Shown here piece after piece: positions 59,977 to 64,000 of a DNA stretch of 64,000 nt. Made by a program: the position numbers and the translations under genes. Source of the DNA: Candidatus Yanofskybacteria bacterium RIFCSPLOWO2_01_FULL_39_28. GTDB lineage: Bacteria; Patescibacteriota; Minisyncoccia; 2-02-FULL-40-12; GWA2-44-9. The stretch lies in contig MGKE01000002.1 in assembly GCA_001794635.1 (NCBI GenBank), positions 13,921-77,920 on the forward strand. The letters are read 5' to 3'. The notes beneath the pieces are model-generated. The model worked only from the letters and a program-made list of their open reading frames with translations. It was not told the DNA's origin and did not search any database. Position 1 is the stretch's first letter. Each line of letters opens with the position of its first letter.

Positions 59977-60960
59977 TTATGGAGCATAGTATATTATCTG
60001 GCTGCCCTGATATTCTATGTTGACGGGGACATATAAAAATTTTTTAAGTTTTTCCCTTATTTTTTTATGACGTTCCGGAGGTGCAAAAAATAGCATAAAT
60101 CCACCTCCTCCTGCGCCGAGAAGTTTACCGCCAATAGCCCCAGCTCTTAGACCGGTCTCATACATATTGTCTATTTTATTCGTACTTACGACTGGAGCCA
60201 GAGAACGTTTTAATTTCCAACCTTCATCAAGAAGTTTACCGAAGTCATTTAAATTATTACCGTCTTTTAAAATATTAACGCCTTCAGGAACCATAGCGGC
60301 CATTGTTTGAAGTTCGCTATTTCTGTCCTTAAAATTTTTTAATTTTTTTGCTTCTATTTCTGATGCTTTCCTTGAAAAATCTGTAAAAAACAAAAGTAAA
60401 TGATTTTGAAACTCATTAAATTTTTCAGTAGAAATCGTTATCGGCGTCACAGATATTTTGGATAATCCACCGAATTCTATTTTATTAAATCCCCCAAACG
60501 AAGCAATTGTCTGATCTTGTGAACCAACATTTTCCTTGATCAGGTTTTGTTCAACATGTATTGCGTCTAAGGCAAGTTGTCGCTTGGTGGTCATCTTGCC
60601 GTTTAAAGCATAAAGGGCGTGTAATAGTCCTACGGTAAAAGAGGAGCTTGAACCAAGGCCGGACATGGCTGGCAGATCACCGTTGTGATGTATCTCTATT
60701 CCTTGTTTAATTCCGGCATATCTCATGCTTTCTCTGACTGATGGATGATCTATTTCATTGATGTGTTTAACTTTTTCCTGTTCAGAATAAATGATCCGGT
60801 GCTTATATTTAAAAAACGGCGGCAAGAACCGGCAGTTAATATAACAATATTTATTAATAGAAGCCGAAAGGACCGCTCCGCCATTTTGCTTATACCAAAC
60901 CGGATGGTCTGTTCCACCACCGAAAAAAGAAATACGATAAGGTGTTCTAGTGATTATCAT
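59977..60960 (-). CDS. GHMP-family sugar kinase (HddA-like heptose-7-phosphate kinase type)
   Basis: TRTPYRISFFGGGTDHPVWYKQNGGAVLSASINKYCYI and the GHMP motif PAMSGLGSSSSFTVG. Confidence 0.75.
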   Translation of the reverse strand: MIITRTPYRISFFGGGTDHPVWYKQNGGAVLSASINKYCYINCRFLPPFFKYKHRIIYSEQEKVKHINEIDHPSVRESMRYAGIKQGIEIHHNGDLPAMSGLGSSSSFTVGLLHALYALNGKMTTKRQLALDAIHVEQNLIKENVGSQDQTIASFGGFNKIEFGGLSKISVTPITISTEKFNEFQNHLLLFFTDFSRKASEIEAKKLKNFKDRNSELQTMAAMVPEGVNILKDGNNLNDFGKLLDEGWKLKRSLAPVVSTNKIDNMYETGLRAGAIGGKLLGAGGGGFMLFFAPPERHKKIREKLKKFLYVPVNIEYQGSQIIYYAP

Positions 60961-62909
60961 GTCTTAACTAATACTCTTAAATTATCCGAGCGAACTAACC
61001 AGCCATACCCTCTGTATAGGTCTTCTTCGGTTATTTCGCGCAAGACAATGGCCATATAGCTTAAAACTTCGCATTCTGACGACCAGCGCCTACTGGAACC
61101 ATAAGTTTTAAATTTGGCGGTGGCCGCTTTTTCAATATCTCGGGATTCTAGTAACTTGTTTAAAATAGGATCTTTAGTATAGCGAAAATTTTCGTTGACT
61201 GCCTCCGGTTCGCTATCCATAGTGATTGCTCTTCCGTTTGTTCCGGGAATTACGATCCAACCGTCTTCGACTTCAGTTATACTATTTATGTAATGGACTA
61301 CAAGGGGGGGGTCAATTTTTCTTCGGGGGGTGTATTCTGATTCTCCGAGTCCGGGGATAGTTTCCACAAAGCTTCTATTGTAATTTGTTTTATATGTGTA
61401 AATTTCTTTTATATTTAAATTTTTTAATGTCTTAAACAAGTTAGTTGCTCCCATTCTCGCCGGATATACTTCTGATAACAATATCCACAAGTTCCATAAT
61501 AAAGTAAGGATCAGAGCGCTAATCATAACTGGTAAAAGGCCATCATATTTTAAAAATACGTTAAATGAATATCCTATGAATAGAAATAAAACTGCAAAAA
61601 TTAATGCATAGGTTTTGGAAGCTTGAGGCGCTTCCGTAAGCTCTGCCCACCACAGAGGAGAGGTTGAAATAATTAATACCAACAGATCAAAGGGTATAAT
61701 ATATAATTGTTGTTGGGATATTCTCAGTATTAACAGCGCCAAAAGTGATGACAAAAATAAAATTAAGTGGATTGGAATAAACTGCCACAAAAATCGGGGA
61801 ACCCATGGCCAACCACCACCTCGAGTGTTACGGGCAACTTTGACGCCTATTTTGACAAAATAATCCAGATACGATCTAAAATGGGTTTTTCTTTGGGTAT
61901 GCATGGCATAATACAAATATTTGCGGATGTTGTATTTAACATTGGGCATGGTCAGTATAAAAAACATGATTGAAAATCCGATAAAAACCGGTAACACATA
62001 ATTTATACTCAAAGAATTTAAAGCCAACAAAACCATGGCAATCAGCCAGACAGACCCGATTGCATATGTCCGCAGTTTATTCCTTGCGTGGTCAAGGTAG
62101 TGATTTAAGCTCAAAGCCTTTTGGTTCTTGATTATATTTCTCAAAAATGGGGGACCTTCATTGTTGTACATTTTTTTTACAATTTTTTTATAAAACAAAA
62201 GGGCGGTGCTTATAGCTCCCACAACAAGGCCAATAACTATAAAATCCCAGATTATGAATTTTTGAAGGGGAAGCGACAAATAAAGATTTCCGTAGTCGTA
62301 TTTGCCGATTAGAAAGTCATGTTCAGCGTAAAAAAGAGCTACCCCAAAAGACATAAGTAATTTGCCTGAAGAACCGGATGAAAACATCATGCAACACAAT
62401 GAAATCCCCGCCAGCGCCAAATAGATAACGGAAAAATTGAAAGTTGAATTTTGAACAAAATAGATCGCTAGCAGAAAAAATATGCCGGCAATGTTTGCGT
62501 GTCCTCCATATAAAGCAATTTGCCACGGCCAAAAGGAAAATAAATAAAGCAGAGAAATAAAAAGACCGACGTTTGATCCCCAATAATTTGCGCCTATCAG
62601 ATAAATTAAAACACTGGAAATAGAAATGGAAACTCCTCCTAAAACTGTATACGGATGATCGGATTCATTGTCTCTCATTATTCTTTGAAACAGGACGATA
62701 AGAATAATACTCATATCCTTCATAGATGTTTTCATGCCGTACTTATGCATGTCTGATAACCAGCTCCACTTATAAGATTGGGCAGCGGTATGAGCCATTA
62801 TCTCATTGTCAGTATCTGGTGTGGCATAAAGTATTCCTCTTGTACTTAAAGCAAAAACGGCCCCAAAAGCTGTTGCAAAGCCAAGCGCTAAATAAAAATT
62901 AAAATCCAT
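60957..62909 (-). CDS. Large polytopic membrane protein with a soluble C-terminal domain; putative GT-C-type transferase or polymerase
   Basis: More than 12 hydrophobic segments. The acidic stretch ATPDTDNEIMAH follows TM1. The C-terminal domain of about 170 aa is hydrophilic. Confidence 0.45.
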   Translation of the reverse strand: MDFNFYLALGFATAFGAVFALSTRGILYATPDTDNEIMAHTAAQSYKWSWLSDMHKYGMKTSMKDMSIILIVLFQRIMRDNESDHPYTVLGGVSISISSVLIYLIGANYWGSNVGLFISLLYLFSFWPWQIALYGGHANIAGIFFLLAIYFVQNSTFNFSVIYLALAGISLCCMMFSSGSSGKLLMSFGVALFYAEHDFLIGKYDYGNLYLSLPLQKFIIWDFIVIGLVVGAISTALLFYKKIVKKMYNNEGPPFLRNIIKNQKALSLNHYLDHARNKLRTYAIGSVWLIAMVLLALNSLSINYVLPVFIGFSIMFFILTMPNVKYNIRKYLYYAMHTQRKTHFRSYLDYFVKIGVKVARNTRGGGWPWVPRFLWQFIPIHLILFLSSLLALLILRISQQQLYIIPFDLLVLIISTSPLWWAELTEAPQASKTYALIFAVLFLFIGYSFNVFLKYDGLLPVMISALILTLLWNLWILLSEVYPARMGATNLFKTLKNLNIKEIYTYKTNYNRSFVETIPGLGESEYTPRRKIDPPLVVHYINSITEVEDGWIVIPGTNGRAITMDSEPEAVNENFRYTKDPILNKLLESRDIEKAATAKFKTYGSSRRWSSECEVLSYMAIVLREITEEDLYRGYGWLVRSDNLRVLVKT

Positions 62910-62910
62910 T

Positions 62911-64000
62911 TTAATTTATATTGTATGATTTAGAAAAATAAGAATCCTTATTGGCCAAAAGTTCAGATGGAGTGCCGGATTCTATAATCTCTCCGTGATC
63001 AACGGCATATAGTTTATCAGCGTGTTGAACCGTTGAGAGGCGGTGGGCGATAACGACAAGAGTTGTTTTGCCCCGCAAATCTTTTATTGAATTTTGAATC
63101 ATTGCCTCCGAGTCGCTGTCTAAGGAGCTAGTTGCTTCGTCCAAAATCAAAATCTCAGGTTTTCTAATAAGAGTTCTGGCTAAGGCAATTCTCTGGCGCT
63201 GGCCGCCGGAAAGCTTGATTCCTCTTTCACCGACTTTGGTTTGGAAACCTTCCGGCAGAGTCTCAATGAAATCATAAATATTAGCCATTTTTGATGCTTC
63301 AATAACGCGTCCATGGTCAATTGATTTATCATAAAATTTGATGTTGTTTTCTATCGTGTCATTTATAAGAAATATGTCCTGAGCCACATAACCAATATTC
63401 TCTCTCCAATTTTTTAGATTTATTTTACTTGCATTTTGATTATCAATTAATATTTCACCTGAACCCGGATTGAAAAGTCTTAGCATGAGATCAACCAAGG
63501 TGGTTTTTCCTCCGCCCGATGGACCGATTATGCCGACCATTTCCGTTTTTTTAATTTCCAGGTTCAGATTGTTTAAAATATTTGTTTCCTGATTGTAAGC
63601 AAACGAAACATTTTTAAATTCTATCTTATTCTTGAAGGAAAATTTGTTAATATCGCCGTCTACCTCCTGGTTATTTGCCGCCTCTTGCCAGTAATCAAGC
63701 ATAATCTGCAGATAGGGTACAACACCGTTAACGGCATTTATCTTTCCCTGGATAGACTGGATGAAAGTGAACATTTTTTGAACCAGATAAACAATAGCGG
63801 CAAAAGCAGCAATATTAAATACCGATGAATTGTAGTTGAGCAAAAACAAAGCCGCAACAAAAGTAATGCCGACCGGTTCCATCAAAGAGCCGACGACGGT
63901 GTGATATATGGCTGATTTAACTCGGCGGCGTTCTAAATCTTTAAAGTCGTTTTTGGCAAGTTGAGTAACCTTATCTTCGGCATTAAGACTTTTTACAATC
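62911..64000 (-). CDS. ABC exporter, fused permease-ATPase (MsbA-like); N-terminal part lies outside the window
   Basis: Walker A GPSGGGKTT, signature LSGGQRQR and Walker B ILILDEATS. The minus-strand frame stays open from 63885 to the window end at 64000. Confidence 0.85.
   Translation of the reverse strand, partial: IVKSLNAEDKVTQLAKNDFKDLERRRVKSAIYHTVVGSLMEPVGITFVAALFLLNYNSSVFNIAAFAAIVYLVQKMFTFIQSIQGKINAVNGVVPYLQIMLDYWQEAANNQEVDGDINKFSFKNKIEFKNVSFAYNQETNILNNLNLEIKKTEMVGIIGPSGGGKTTLVDLMLRLFNPGSGEILIDNQNASKINLKNWRENIGYVAQDIFLINDTIENNIKFYDKSIDHGRVIEASKMANIYDFIETLPEGFQTKVGERGIKLSGGQRQRIALARTLIRKPEILILDEATSSLDSDSEAMIQNSIKDLRGKTTLVVIAHRLSTVQHADKLYAVDHGEIIESGTPSELLANKDSYFSKSYNIN

Noticed and set aside
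1368-62583. About 60 short ORFs (60-132 aa) in the six-frame track that lie antisense to or nested within the large genes. Examples are 1368..1559, 3912..4187, 6724..7104, 7217..7498, 13072..13389, 15456..15821, 40725..41033, 49830..50183, 55399..55797 and 62323..62583.
   Set aside because: They are low-complexity or hydrophobic shadow translations opposite genes with clear family motifs. They have no start-site context and no motifs of their own.

Overview
AT-rich, gene-dense window of about 58 genes. I saw no rRNA, tRNA, CRISPR array, transposase, integrase or phage gene. Almost the whole 64 kb is one large glycan-biosynthesis and glycan-tailoring island. All calls come from reading the ORF-track translations and the DNA by eye. 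No searches or folding programs were run, so family names are motif-level assignments.

Gene content:
- **Left end (2-3533):** a GtrB/ArnC-type polyprenyl-phosphate glycosyltransferase, a YdjC-family deacetylase and a GT-C-like membrane protein.
- **Radical SAM enzymes:** six in total. Five have an N-terminal cobalamin-binding-type domain (7001-8695, 12925-14865, 20161-21741, 40176-42329, 43121-44989). One is SPASM/twitch-like (4660-5883).
- **PhyH-type Fe(II)/2-oxoglutarate dioxygenases:** two.
- **ThDP-dependent E1 alpha/beta sets:** three, one of them fused, with no E2 or E3 partner.
- **Nonulosonic-acid operon (27994-36737, minus strand):** ten translationally coupled genes. They include a PseC-like aminotransferase, NeuB/PseI-like synthases, a cytidylyltransferase, a WbuX/HisH/HisF-type acetamidino-forming trio and a GNAT. 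Carbamoyltransferase, an NPPH-motif methyltransferase and DUF115/Maf-like genes sit next to it.
- **GDP-sugar block:** Gmd-like, three Fcl-like enzymes and a ColD-type 3-dehydratase in which His188 replaces the Schiff-base lysine.
- **Heptose-type activation genes:** a GHMP kinase, a HAD phosphatase, and an HldE-like protein with inverted domain order.
- **Right end:** a second GT-C-like membrane protein and an MsbA-type ABC exporter, which runs off the window.

Structure not explained by genes:
1. A two-copy foldback element of about 300-375 bp fills the only two large ORF-free gaps (11206-11580 and 51491-51784). It has a 125/127-identical core, nested helices and compensatory changes.
2. A two-copy GC-rich palindromic element of about 73 nt is read through in frame inside two different genes (26474-26546 and 34353-34425), much like Rickettsia palindromic elements.
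3. An 88-bp perfectly identical tract is shared by two otherwise diverged paralogues.
4. Between 39 and 51.5 kb, terminator-promoter junctions separate most adjacent minus-strand units, with recurrent TTGACT -35 boxes and a shared leader motif.
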